A DNA stretch of 62,341 bases from a candidate division WOR-3 bacterium (GCA_965648915.1 CBFGIV010000010.1:1-62341); one strand, 5' to 3'. Positions 50,425 through 60,715 are shown, counted from the first letter of the stretch. The notes: a model not told the origin generated them from the letters alone. Program-made: numbers and translations.

Positions 50425-51542
50425 TCGTGCCGGTTTTGCTTATTTTTAACTATTCACTGTTAGGTCCATATCCACCGGGTGATGATGTTCAATTCGGATC
50501 GGCCCGATCGCTCGCACTGGGCGGTGGTAGTTCAATCCTCGAAGAGCCATCAGCCCTGGCCGAAAATGTGGCGGTGATTGGATTATTTGATAAAAAATCA
50601 ATATCTTTGACCTTAAAGGGTCTTTTCTATAATGAATGCCGCAGTCTCAGGGTGTATGATCAATATGGAAATAACATCGGTCAGTCGGCCATTTATGATT
50701 ACTCAACCAATGAGACGGATTTCCATTCGGCTGCCTTAATCTTTCCATTGCGCTTTATCAGCTTGGGACTTGGTCTTCGACCGGTATGGGATTTTGATTA
50801 TGAATTTTATGAAGAGGCAAGAAATGAATTTTATCAATTAAAGAGTATCGAGAATATGATCTCGCAAGGATGTGTGAAGAATTTTAAGCAGGGGGCGGCT
50901 CTCTCAACACCCAATTTGAAATTTGGGGTTGGCCATTCGTATTACTTTGGGCAAAAGTATTATTATTATAACAAATACGATTTTACCACCAGGAGCGAGG
51001 AAACCGAGGAGAATGAAGAGCGTTGTCAGGGGAATGGAATTGATCTGGGATTAATCTTAAGTTATAAGACGCACTTGAGGTGTGGACTTTCCAGCCAATT
51101 CCCCGGCAGAATCAGAATCGGTCAGTTTGAGAATAGACTCCCCTTTACGGGGAGAGTTGCTGTTTTTTATCAGCCTTCGTTCCGGCCCCCTTCAAGGGTG
51201 ATGGGTGAAGTAGCGGGACTGGGCTGGCATTATATTGACTCGACTAAAAAGAATGTCTATCTCTTCAAGTTCGGGGTTGAGCACAGGATTGCGCAAGAAT
51301 ATTTTCTGCGCTACGGTTTCAACCTTTGTCCGGATTATCGCAATACCAATATCTGGCAAACAACATTAACCTTCGGTTTTGGTTTTACGCTTAAACCCCT
51401 TGTTATCGATTTTGCTTATGGCTTAAGCCGGAGAAATTTTCAGGCACGGGATTTCGAGCAGTTGAATAATCTGCGGCCAACGAATATGTATATCGAGGAG
51501 AACATCCATAACCTCCTTCTTACCTTTAATTTTTATCTATAA
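50421..51542 (+). CDS. Outer-membrane beta-barrel, FadL/PorV-like
   Basis: SARSLALGG...AL.EN.A plug-like start; LRYGF, FGFG, IDFAY strands. Confidence 0.65.
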   Translation: MIVPVLLIFNYSLLGPYPPGDDVQFGSARSLALGGGSSILEEPSALAENVAVIGLFDKKSISLTLKGLFYNECRSLRVYDQYGNNIGQSAIYDYSTNETDFHSAALIFPLRFISLGLGLRPVWDFDYEFYEEARNEFYQLKSIENMISQGCVKNFKQGAALSTPNLKFGVGHSYYFGQKYYYYNKYDFTTRSEETEENEERCQGNGIDLGLILSYKTHLRCGLSSQFPGRIRIGQFENRLPFTGRVAVFYQPSFRPPSRVMGEVAGLGWHYIDSTKKNVYLFKFGVEHRIAQEYFLRYGFNLCPDYRNTNIWQTTLTFGFGFTLKPLVIDFAYGLSRRNFQARDFEQLNNLRPTNMYIEENIHNLLLTFNFYL

Positions 51543-51576
51543 ATTTATTTTGGACCTTCACTTAAACAATTAAAAG

Positions 51577-53109
51577 ATGAAGATAATAAAGGGTTTAATT
51601 CTGATAATATCCCTGGCCGGTTGCTTATTTGGCCAGAATGTTCCGGGACATATCTATATCTTATATACCAATGATATTCATGGTGCTCTGAGTCCATCGG
51701 TGGGCTGGTGGATTAATCCAAATTTTCCACCGCCGATCGGCAATGCACCTGCGGCAGTATCTTTTATTAAGGAAAAACGGGACGAGGCCGAAAAGAATAA
51801 TTATGGATTTTTACTTTTAGATGCAGGTGATATGTTTCAGGGGACACCGATCGGGGAATTTAGTCGGGGGCGAGTAATGGTTGACTATTACAATTACGCC
51901 GACTACGATGCAATCACTGTGGGCAATCATGATTATGACTTCGGTGTCGATGAGTTAAAATGGATAGTTAAAAAGACCAAAGCAGCATTTCTCGGGGCTA
52001 ATGTTGTTAAAGCGGGCTCAACTGAGATTGTGGACTATTTGAAACCATATATCATTTTGCGGGCAGGCGATTTAAGGATCGGAATATTTGGTATAACCAC
52101 TCAATATTTAAAAAGTATGACAACCCCGGATCGTTTTCAAGGACAGGATGTCCTGAACGAAGTGGAGACCGCGCGCCACTGTGTTGCGGCATTGAAGGAT
52201 AGCGGGGTTGATCTTATAATCGGCTTGACCCATATCGGCTATAAACATGATCGGGTCTTGGCTGATTCCGTGGTCGGTATCGATCTGATCATTGGTGGTC
52301 ACAGCCATACCGGCCTTGAACGACCTTTTGAGGATTCGATCAATCATACCCTGATCTTTCAGACTTATGGGAAATTGACCTGCTTGGGCTTTATTGATCT
52401 TGAAATCGATCCGGGGCGGAAAATAATTACGGGTTTTCATTCAGAGATTGTCGATCTGCTCGCGGAGGAGATCGAAGACGATACGGTTATGGTCAATATC
52501 CTGAGACAGTGGGAATTGAAGACGATGAAGGGTTTTCAGACCGTCATCGGTCTGTCCAAGAGACCTCTGCTGCGTTCTGGAATGGAAGAATCTGCCTTAG
52601 GTAATCTTATCACCGATGCGCTGCGGGAATATTTTAAGAGTGACATTGCCATTCATAACTCTGGAGGCATCAGGGCCGATCTCCCCGCCGGTGAAATTAC
52701 CTATCGTGATTGTTATAATATTGATGGTTTCAGTAATACGGCGGTCTTAATGAATGTCCCCGGCCGGATTTTAAGAGAGATGCTTGAAATCAGCGTGAAT
52801 GGCCATCATGCAATATTCCAGATCTCAGGATTGAAAATGAGGTATGATTCCCGTAAGTTACCGAATAATCGTCTGCTTGAAGTTGTCCTGGAAGATGGTT
52901 CGGTTTTAGACGATAACAAGGTCTATAAGGTTGTAACCAATTCCTATCTGGCTTCAGGTAGTGGTGAATACAGGATATTCAAGGAGGCGCAGGATGTTGA
53001 GGATACCTATACATATCTCCGAGATATAATTGCCGACTACATAAGGAGGCATTCACCGGTCGACAGGCAGGTTGAGGGGCGGATTGTCGATATAAGTAAA
53101 AACCGATGA
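51577..53109 (+). CDS. 5'-nucleotidase / UDP-sugar hydrolase
   Basis: TNDIHG, DAGD, GNHDYD, LTHIG, GGHSH, NSGGIRA. Confidence 0.93.
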   Translation: MKIIKGLILIISLAGCLFGQNVPGHIYILYTNDIHGALSPSVGWWINPNFPPPIGNAPAAVSFIKEKRDEAEKNNYGFLLLDAGDMFQGTPIGEFSRGRVMVDYYNYADYDAITVGNHDYDFGVDELKWIVKKTKAAFLGANVVKAGSTEIVDYLKPYIILRAGDLRIGIFGITTQYLKSMTTPDRFQGQDVLNEVETARHCVAALKDSGVDLIIGLTHIGYKHDRVLADSVVGIDLIIGGHSHTGLERPFEDSINHTLIFQTYGKLTCLGFIDLEIDPGRKIITGFHSEIVDLLAEEIEDDTVMVNILRQWELKTMKGFQTVIGLSKRPLLRSGMEESALGNLITDALREYFKSDIAIHNSGGIRADLPAGEITYRDCYNIDGFSNTAVLMNVPGRILREMLEISVNGHHAIFQISGLKMRYDSRKLPNNRLLEVVLEDGSVLDDNKVYKVVTNSYLASGSGEYRIFKEAQDVEDTYTYLRDIIADYIRRHSPVDRQVEGRIVDISKNR

Positions 53110-54359
53110 TTGCTCTATTTTTTTTAATAAATTATAGTATCTATTTTGCTAATCTCCATTCCCATACCGAATTTTCTGATGGTGAAGGGATGCCGGCCGA
53201 GGCCTTTCTCTATGCTCGTGACTCAGCCCGGATTGACATACTGGCAATCACCGACCATTCCCATCAGTTGACCCCAGAGGAATATCGCATCCTCAGAGAG
53301 ACTGCTCGTCAATTTACCACTGAAGGCAAGTTTATCGCCCTCGCCGGTCAGGAATTTGGTAATGTTGGTGTTGATGGGTTTGGGCATATCGATATTTTTG
53401 AAGCCGAGAGCATCTGCACTGTGGATCGTAATGATCTGAATGGTTTTTATAGTTGGTTCATCGATCAGGATAAACCCGGTCAGTTCAATCATCCTGCTTA
53501 TAATAATAAGAACTTTAATGGGTTTATCTATAACCCCGAGGTTGACGAGAAGATGGGGCTCTTAGAGTTATTAAATCAACATAATCTTGCCCTGAATGAT
53601 TTTCGCCTCTGTCTCTCTAAGGGCTGGAAGGTGGGGGTTACCGCCAATCAGGATAACCACCACCGCCACTGGGGAGATCAGGTCAATCAGAACGGCGATA
53701 TCCCGCTGACCGGCCTTCTGGCTCAAAGTTTAACCCGGGAAGATATTCTTGATGCCCTGATCAAAGGCAGGACCTATGCACTTGAGGTTTCACCCCGTGA
53801 GGATCGCATCCATCTTGAATTTACGGTCGATAACCAACCGATGGGTGAGCGGTTAATAACACCACGGCCGACGGTCACCCTGAGAATTAAGGCCACGGGC
53901 CTTATCGATTTTAGCCGATTGTATATCTATCGAAATGGTTATGTTTTTGATTCAGTAATAAATATTAATAGTTCCCATATCGATTATACGAGGATTGATA
54001 CCACCGGTAATTACTATTATTATGTAGAGCTTCTCCAGACCGACGGCGATCATGCCTGGTCAAGTCCAGTATGGGTAGAGATCCAGAGGGACCGGGATGT
54101 TGTTGAAATCTGGCCGAATCCAGTCAGAGAAAATAGGGCGTATCTGGTAATCCCGCGGGTTGATGATTTTAAGAGCGGTGAAGTTATTATCGGCAATGTT
54201 CTGGGCCAGAGAGTTTTTTATAAAAAGATAACCACAACCGAGCAGGTTCAGATCGATTGTCACGAACTGCCGATCGGTGTATATTTTGTGAAGGTCAGAA
54301 TCTTAAACAGGTTTGGTGACCAGACCATTTATCAAAATAAGATGGCGGTGATAAGATGA
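53106..54359 (+). CDS. PHP-like (CehA/McbA-type) metallohydrolase with T9SS-like CTD
   Basis: NLHSHT.FSDG, AITDH, FNHP, DNHH, AWSSPVW; CTD WPNP...NVLGQ...GVYFVKV. Confidence 0.85.
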   Translation: MIALFFLINYSIYFANLHSHTEFSDGEGMPAEAFLYARDSARIDILAITDHSHQLTPEEYRILRETARQFTTEGKFIALAGQEFGNVGVDGFGHIDIFEAESICTVDRNDLNGFYSWFIDQDKPGQFNHPAYNNKNFNGFIYNPEVDEKMGLLELLNQHNLALNDFRLCLSKGWKVGVTANQDNHHRHWGDQVNQNGDIPLTGLLAQSLTREDILDALIKGRTYALEVSPREDRIHLEFTVDNQPMGERLITPRPTVTLRIKATGLIDFSRLYIYRNGYVFDSVININSSHIDYTRIDTTGNYYYYVELLQTDGDHAWSSPVWVEIQRDRDVVEIWPNPVRENRAYLVIPRVDDFKSGEVIIGNVLGQRVFYKKITTTEQVQIDCHELPIGVYFVKVRILNRFGDQTIYQNKMAVIR

Positions 54360-55144
54360 TTTTTATCTTTGTCTTAGCCACGAGTATGGGCAGCACATTT
54401 TTATGCCTTAATCCATCAAATTATTCTCAGGCTCTGGGTTTCTGTTCGGTAACGGTTGAAGATGGGGTGGCGATGTCCTCCGGCCCGGCAGATGGTGTAA
54501 AGAATTTATTAAAATTAACTATTAATCACTGGATGATGGGCAGTAATTTTGGAGCGGCCAGTCTTTATTTAAGAAATGGATGGCGTCTTGGTTTTCTTTA
54601 TCTTAATTATGGGCACCTCTCCCGTTTTACTGAAGCAGGTGAGTATTTAGGTGACTTTACTCCCTACGAGGCTTCGTTTTTATTGGGTAAGGGGTTTGAA
54701 CTGGTTAAAGCTTTGATGATGGTCGGACACCTGAGATACTTTACTGGCTCTATCGACCACTATCGACAATCGGGTTTTTCGGCTGACCTTGGTTGCAATT
54801 TAAGAATCAGGGAGATCTCAATCGGTTCTAAGATTGAAAATATCGGTTTTGAATTGAAGCACAGGAACGATCTGCCGACCCGGTTTACAATCGGCGCTCG
54901 GGCTGATATGGGTTCAGACCTCAAGGTTTATCTCGAGAAAAAGTTCTTAAACAATCCCGAGACCAATATGGGTATAGAGTATATTTATGAAAGAATCAGT
55001 CTGCGGGGTGGTATGTTATGGAATGGGCAATTTAACTACACCGGAGGGATAGGATGCGAGATCGATGAATATGAAATTTCCTATGCCCTGCTGATGAATG
55101 AGTTTGGTCTGAGCCACAATTTTGGCCTTGGTCTGAGGTTTTAG
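54356..55144 (+). CDS. PorV/PorQ-like beta-barrel protein
   Basis: FLCL...ALG, YLNYG, ENIG...LP, G.EY...LRGG, G.G...ISYA...H.F.L..RF. Confidence 0.6.
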   Translation: MIFIFVLATSMGSTFLCLNPSNYSQALGFCSVTVEDGVAMSSGPADGVKNLLKLTINHWMMGSNFGAASLYLRNGWRLGFLYLNYGHLSRFTEAGEYLGDFTPYEASFLLGKGFELVKALMMVGHLRYFTGSIDHYRQSGFSADLGCNLRIREISIGSKIENIGFELKHRNDLPTRFTIGARADMGSDLKVYLEKKFLNNPETNMGIEYIYERISLRGGMLWNGQFNYTGGIGCEIDEYEISYALLMNEFGLSHNFGLGLRF

Positions 55145-55156
55145 TCAATTGGGGAT

Positions 55157-56044
55157 ATGATAAAATTTGGTATTACATTGGGCGGTGGTGGCGCAAGGGG
55201 ACTGGCCCATATTGGAGTTCTTGAGGCACTTGAAGAAAATGGTTTGAGACCCGCTTTTGTCTCCGGGACTTCGATTGGGGCTCTGATCGGTGCACTGTAT
55301 TGTTTAGAAGGAACGGCTCGCAATCTCCATTCCCGGGCATCAAATGTGATTCAATCTAAGAATTTTAAAAAATTTGGTCTGAATCGATTTTATCCCACCC
55401 GACGCAATATCTTGAGCCAATTCAATAGAGAATTTTTTGAGATGATGTATATTGGCAGGCTCTTATACAGAAGGTCCTATTATAAAATCGAAGTGGTTCA
55501 GGGTCTATTCAGAAATATCTTTGGCACCAGGACATTTGATGATTTAAAGATTCGTTTTTGTTGTAATGCACTCGATCTCCAGTCCGGGGAGGAAGTGGTA
55601 TTTAAATCCGGTTTGCTGGCGGACGCGGTCCAGGCGAGCTGTTCAATTCCAGGCATATTCCCGGTTTATGAAAAGGATAACCGAATTTTTGTTGATGGCA
55701 GTGTTGCTAATAGCATCCCTGTCACTGCGGTAAAGAACTTAGGCGCAAAGGTTGTTGTAGCCGTCTATCTCACCGAGGGGAAAATGTTTGGTTCAAGGAT
55801 TGACACCGGTTATCATATCCTTCAGCGATCTTTTTCGATTATGAAGTATCGGCTCGATCAGAATAATCTGAGCGGGGCCGACTTGGTCATAAAGCCGGCA
55901 GTTGCAAATTTCCACTGGGCCGATTTTTCCAATATTGATGACCTGATACAAAAAGGTCGGGAAGCGTTGCTGGCCAATTTAGACGAGATTAAACATAAGG
56001 TGTCATTCTTTTATTATCTAAGAAGACTGCTCGGGGTAAAGTAA
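55157..56044 (+). CDS. Patatin-like phospholipase
   Basis: GGGGARG.AHIG, GTSIG, ASCSIPG, VDGS. Confidence 0.93.
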   Translation: MIKFGITLGGGGARGLAHIGVLEALEENGLRPAFVSGTSIGALIGALYCLEGTARNLHSRASNVIQSKNFKKFGLNRFYPTRRNILSQFNREFFEMMYIGRLLYRRSYYKIEVVQGLFRNIFGTRTFDDLKIRFCCNALDLQSGEEVVFKSGLLADAVQASCSIPGIFPVYEKDNRIFVDGSVANSIPVTAVKNLGAKVVVAVYLTEGKMFGSRIDTGYHILQRSFSIMKYRLDQNNLSGADLVIKPAVANFHWADFSNIDDLIQKGREALLANLDEIKHKVSFFYYLRRLLGVK

Positions 56045-56084
56045 GAAACTAAATTTTTATAAGACTATAAAACGGAAGAGTCAA

Positions 56085-58844
56085 TTATATGGATAGACTG
56101 TTGATTATTTCCTCAATGATGAAATTCTGGTCTTTATAAGTTCCTTTGAGGCCAAGAATAGGGTTGATTCGATTTTTGAACCTTCTGTATACTTCAGACC
56201 AGAGCACGGCTTCGACGATACCGGTTTCATCGTCGAGGGTTAAGAAGGCCATCGGTTCGCCTCTTCTATCCCGGATTACTCTCTGGGCGATTACCATTCC
56301 CCAGATTGTAGATTTTTGGCCTTCCCTGAGTTCGGTGATAAAGTGATTACGGTTGGGTTTTATAATCCGGAGAGGATGACAGGAGGGAGAGCAGTTCAAG
56401 ACTTCATACTGGTCAGAAAAGAGTTTTTCAGGACTGATCGATCGGGCAGTAAAGATGAGCGGTCTTAAAATTTTTTCCTGCTCAATCAGTTTATGCTGAG
56501 AGGTGTATTTACGGCTTTTTAAATAAGCAAGGAGTAAGAAGAACTGAACCGGACGGGGGATTTTAAAAGTATCGAGCGCACCGGATTTTATCAGACTGAT
56601 TCCTTCATCAATATCCGGCATCACTGCATTAAAAAATTCTTCGCAAGAGGTGAATGGCTGTTGCTCAGTGATTCGGTGGATCGTCTGGGCGGTTAAATTT
56701 TTTATCTCGGCAAGGCCGATGACGATTTTCCCATCAATGGGCTTGAAGGAGGCCCCGGATAGATTTACATCGGGCGGTAGTATTTTTATTCCCCAGCGTC
56801 GGGCCTCTTCAATATAGGCACAGGTTGAATAGTATCCCCCGTGATTGGAGAGGACCGAGGCAAAGAATTGTGTTGGATAATACCTCTTAGTATATGCCGA
56901 GAGATAGGCCAGTGTTCCATAAGCAATACTGTGGGCCTTGTTAAAACCGAAATTGGCGAAGTCCTGGATCTTTTTCCAGACGCGTTCGATATCTTTAGAA
57001 CTGTGTCCTAAGGCCTGAGCCTTTGAGAAAAAGTTTTCTTTTAAGAGATTAATCGGTTCGCGCCTCCGTGCTCTGGTCATTGCCCGGCGCAGGGCATCAG
57101 CCTCACTGAGTGAAAAACCAGCAAAGGTGCTGGCGATTTCGAGAATCTGCTCTTGATATACCGGTATGCCACCGGTATCTTTCAGGATATGAGCGATCGA
57201 TGGTGGAAAGTAATCGACCGATTCCCCACGGCCGCAATGCTTTAAGTATGTGCCCTTCATTCCACTATCGGTCGCACCGGGCCGAATTAAAGCCAGGGCA
57301 AAAGCAATCTCTTCGATCTTTTTTGGTTTCAATTTCACAAGGAGCGAGCGCATCGGTGGACTCTCAATCTGAAAACAGCCGATTGTTTTCCCCTGGCCAA
57401 TTAGATCGAAGACATCCTTATCTTCATCGGGTGGACTATTTATTAAAGGGGCAATAGCTGGAAATCCACGTACACCGAGGATATCTATCTTGACAAGTCC
57501 GATATAGTCGATGCCTTCTTTATCATAATGGGTTATTATACTGCTGTTTGACTGAAACAGAGGAACAAATTCATCGATCCTTGAAGGTGCAATAACAATC
57601 CCACCGATATGGACTGAGATATTTTTCGGAAGGTTCTGGAGTCGGGATGCATAACTTTTTATCTTCTTAAAAATTCTCTCTCCACTATTCAATTCAATCT
57701 TACGCAGTTCATCCGGTGAGATACCAAAGGCGAGGCAGGTTTCCCGGAATGCAGACCGGGAACGGAAACGGATTATGGTTGAGATCTGGGCAGTATTTTC
57801 CTTGCCGAATCGTTCCTTGATGAAATTGAATATCTCTGAGCGGCGATGATATTCTACATCGATATCGATATCAGGCGGTTCACTCCTTCCTTCATTCAAG
57901 AAGCGTTCAAAGGGCAGATTGAACCGTACCGGATTTGTGAGCGAGAGGCCGAAGAGGTTGAGAATAAGGGAAGAGTTGGCAGATCCTCTAAGATTGATCG
58001 TTATGCCTGAAGAATGGGCAAATCTTCCAATTTCGAATGCAGCTATGAATATCCCTGAAAAGTTTAATTTTTCAATAAGTTGTAGTTCATAATTCAACCT
58101 TTGCTTCATTTTTGGGTCGAGGTTATTCTTTATAGGTTCGAGTATTTTGATGAGGAGTGCGTGATTTGCACCGGGTAGATGGTAGTGGTCTCTTTTGAGA
58201 TCAAAACTGCACCGCTCAGCAATTTCGATTGTATTTTTTACCGCTTCGGGTCTATCTTTGAAAAGTGCTGATACTTCTGCTTGTTTTAATAGATAATTTA
58301 TCCCCATAATATCCTTGGAGATAAAGGTTCCGGCCCTGATTGCTTTGACAAGTCTGTAGAACTCAAAATCTGACCTCCTTAAATACAGAATCTCATTCAT
58401 CGCCAACGGTCGAAATTGAGAGATTTTATATAAATTTTCGGGCTGAATAGAGATAAAGAGATTTCTATCTGAAATGCCTTTTTTTCTTAAAAATAATAAG
58501 TTTTCATCATTATGGGATATAAAGATCAAACCATCACTATTTTCAGCAATAAAATTCATATCGATCTTTTCTATGCAGTTTTTAGTTACAATCTTTGAAA
58601 GATTTTTATAACCTTTTCTATCTTCAACCAGGATTATCAGGGACCCTATTTCTGCTCCAAGGATCGGTTTGATACCGAGCCTCTCTGTTTCAATAAAGAA
58701 TTCAGGTGCACCAAAGAGATTTTGATCGGTGAGGGCGATTGAATTGAAGTCGAGTTCTCCGGCATATTCAACAAATTCTCTTATCCCAAAGGCGCCGTTC
58801 GTATAACTACTGTGAGAGTGAAGGGGTATGTAGGATGTAGCCAT
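56085..58844 (-). CDS. dnaE2: DnaE2-type DNA polymerase III alpha subunit
   Basis: PHP HSHSSY, RGSANSS, FERFL, PPDIDID, KIDILG, FQIES, GFNKAH, OB-fold MAFLTLDDETG; lexA-dinB context. Confidence 0.88.
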   Translation of the reverse strand: MATSYIPLHSHSSYTNGAFGIREFVEYAGELDFNSIALTDQNLFGAPEFFIETERLGIKPILGAEIGSLIILVEDRKGYKNLSKIVTKNCIEKIDMNFIAENSDGLIFISHNDENLLFLRKKGISDRNLFISIQPENLYKISQFRPLAMNEILYLRRSDFEFYRLVKAIRAGTFISKDIMGINYLLKQAEVSALFKDRPEAVKNTIEIAERCSFDLKRDHYHLPGANHALLIKILEPIKNNLDPKMKQRLNYELQLIEKLNFSGIFIAAFEIGRFAHSSGITINLRGSANSSLILNLFGLSLTNPVRFNLPFERFLNEGRSEPPDIDIDVEYHRRSEIFNFIKERFGKENTAQISTIIRFRSRSAFRETCLAFGISPDELRKIELNSGERIFKKIKSYASRLQNLPKNISVHIGGIVIAPSRIDEFVPLFQSNSSIITHYDKEGIDYIGLVKIDILGVRGFPAIAPLINSPPDEDKDVFDLIGQGKTIGCFQIESPPMRSLLVKLKPKKIEEIAFALALIRPGATDSGMKGTYLKHCGRGESVDYFPPSIAHILKDTGGIPVYQEQILEIASTFAGFSLSEADALRRAMTRARRREPINLLKENFFSKAQALGHSSKDIERVWKKIQDFANFGFNKAHSIAYGTLAYLSAYTKRYYPTQFFASVLSNHGGYYSTCAYIEEARRWGIKILPPDVNLSGASFKPIDGKIVIGLAEIKNLTAQTIHRITEQQPFTSCEEFFNAVMPDIDEGISLIKSGALDTFKIPRPVQFFLLLAYLKSRKYTSQHKLIEQEKILRPLIFTARSISPEKLFSDQYEVLNCSPSCHPLRIIKPNRNHFITELREGQKSTIWGMVIAQRVIRDRRGEPMAFLTLDDETGIVEAVLWSEVYRRFKNRINPILGLKGTYKDQNFIIEEIINSLSI

Positions 58845-60003
58845 CAGTATTCTCCTGATAATGATCCTTTAATCTCAGCACCCGGGCGGAAAAGACCGAA
58901 CTGAAGCCAAACCTTTTTCGGATACGGTCCAGGGCAGAATTTAAGAGTTTAAGTTTTTCAGTCTTTTTATCAAAAAGGGTTTTCTGATTATTCGCCGGAA
59001 TCAGTTCTGATATATTCACACCGACTAACCGGATTCGCTTTCTCTCCTTCAATAGTGAGTGGAGAAGAGTCCGTGCAACCGGGAAGATGATCTGCTGACA
59101 ATTTGTTGGAAAGATCTTCCTCTGGGTAGAGACGGTTTTAAAGTCACTAAAACGGATCTTTACACTTATGGTCCGGCCGAGAAGATTTTCTGAGCGGATC
59201 TGATGGCAGGCACGCTCAAGAAGATAATAGACCATGGCTTCGACAAAATCTAAGTCGAGCGTATCTTCATTAAATGTTGTCTCCCGGCTGACCGATCTGG
59301 TCTTAGGAAGATATTTATAATCACCACCATAAATAAGAAAGTTTATGATGCGGGCCTGAGAACCTAAGGCGAGATTTAAGATCGAAGGGGGTGTCCTGAG
59401 AAAATCCTCGACCTTCTCTATCCCGAGACAGTTTAATATTTCAAAATTTTTTGGCCCGATGCCGGGTAAGACACCGACCGGTAGAGGAGAGAGAAACTCT
59501 ATTTCTTTTCCCTGGGGGATGACAATCAAACCATCGGGTTTGGCGTAGTCAGTTGCAATCTTGGCAATGGTTCGGTTGGAGGCAATGCCGATGGTCGTGG
59601 GAAGAGATAGTCTCTCTCTTATCTCAGATTTAATTTTCCGGGCAAGTTCTTCAGGTTCGCCGAAGAGTCTTTTGGTGCCTCGAATATCGAGGAATGCTTC
59701 ATCGAGCGAGGCCATCTCTACAAGCGGGCTGTAATGGGTTAAGATCTCATAGAATTGGGCTGAATATGCCTCATAATTATGAAAACTCCCGCGCAGAAAT
59801 ATTGCCCGGGGGCAGAGCCGGTAAGCATGGGAGAGGGGCATACCAGCCTTTATCCCATACCTTCGTGCCTCATACGAGGCTGAAGCGACTACTCCCCGTT
59901 GAGAGGGCAATCCACCAACAATCACAGGTTTGCCCCTCAAATGTGGATTCAATGCCTGCTCAACTGAGACAAAGAAGGCATCGATGTCGATACACAGGAT
60001 CAT
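58807..60003 (-). CDS. dinB: DNA polymerase IV (Y family), catalytic residues intact
   Basis: DIDAFFVSVE, SYEAR, SLDEAFLD, KPDG, clamp motif QKTLF. Confidence 0.95.
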   Translation of the reverse strand: MILCIDIDAFFVSVEQALNPHLRGKPVIVGGLPSQRGVVASASYEARRYGIKAGMPLSHAYRLCPRAIFLRGSFHNYEAYSAQFYEILTHYSPLVEMASLDEAFLDIRGTKRLFGEPEELARKIKSEIRERLSLPTTIGIASNRTIAKIATDYAKPDGLIVIPQGKEIEFLSPLPVGVLPGIGPKNFEILNCLGIEKVEDFLRTPPSILNLALGSQARIINFLIYGGDYKYLPKTRSVSRETTFNEDTLDLDFVEAMVYYLLERACHQIRSENLLGRTISVKIRFSDFKTVSTQRKIFPTNCQQIIFPVARTLLHSLLKERKRIRLVGVNISELIPANNQKTLFDKKTEKLKLLNSALDRIRKRFGFSSVFSARVLRLKDHYQENTDGYILHTPSLSQ

Positions 60004-60009
60004 AATTTT

Positions 60010-60567
60010 TCACCATATCCTTATCACCCCGATCACCTTACCAACAATTTCGAAGGTATCAGTTTCAATCACGGGATAGTTATCGTTCTCAGGTTTGAGC
60101 ACAGGCCGGCCTTTAATCTTAGCCAGTCTTTTAACCGTTGTCTCACCCTGGCTTATTGCCACGACGATATCACCGATCTCTCCGTTCTTTTGTGGTTTCA
60201 CCACAACTAAGTCACCATCCTGAATATGGGCGCCGATCATACTGTCGCCTTTAACCCTTAACAGGAAACAGTTCCTCCAGACCGAGGGGGAGAAGATGCC
60301 TTCGACATCTTCAAAGGCCAAATTCGGTAGACCGGCCGCAACCCGGCCCACGATTTTCAGCCCTCTGGGTTCGATAAATATTGCCCGGGCTGACCTCTTC
60401 TCACGTCTGATCCTGCCTTCGGCTTCGAGTCGGTCGAGATGGACTTTAATTGCCTTGGTACTCTTAAAACCCAAGGCACGGCCAATCTCCCTTATGGTCG
60501 GAGGATAACCCCGTTCTTCAAGATAGGCGTGGATAAACTCAACCATCTTATCCCTTGTCTTTTTCAT
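60010..60567 (-). CDS. lexA: LexA repressor
   Basis: GYPPTIREI, VAAG, GDSM, TVKR; start moved to ATG 60567. Confidence 0.95.
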   Translation of the reverse strand: MKKTRDKMVEFIHAYLEERGYPPTIREIGRALGFKSTKAIKVHLDRLEAEGRIRREKRSARAIFIEPRGLKIVGRVAAGLPNLAFEDVEGIFSPSVWRNCFLLRVKGDSMIGAHIQDGDLVVVKPQKNGEIGDIVVAISQGETTVKRLAKIKGRPVLKPENDNYPVIETDTFEIVGKVIGVIRIW

Positions 60568-60617
60568 AACAGTCCTTTCTTTTAATAGATTACCAGAATT
60601 GCCCAATTACTAATTTA

Positions 60618-60661
60618 GTAAACATATGTTTACATTATAACTAAAATATTAAAAATGTCAA
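60618..60661 (-). promoter_or_regulatory. lexA promoter and candidate LexA operator
   Basis: TTGACA(60661-60656)-N16-TATAAT(60639-60634) directly followed by palindrome GTAAACATATGTTTAC (60618-60633). Confidence 0.75.
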
Positions 60662-60674
60662 GAAAAAAAATAAA

Positions 60675-60705
60675 AAAAGAGCCGGGGCCTTGCCCCGGCT
60701 CTTTT
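60675..60705 (-). terminator. Intrinsic terminator, probably bidirectional
   Basis: aaaagagccggggc-ctt-gccccggctctttt with A/T tracts on both sides. Confidence 0.88.
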
Positions 60706-60715
60706 GATTTTGCTA

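Noticed and set aside
58807..60003. ImuB
   Set aside because: Catalytic D and DE residues intact, so called DinB
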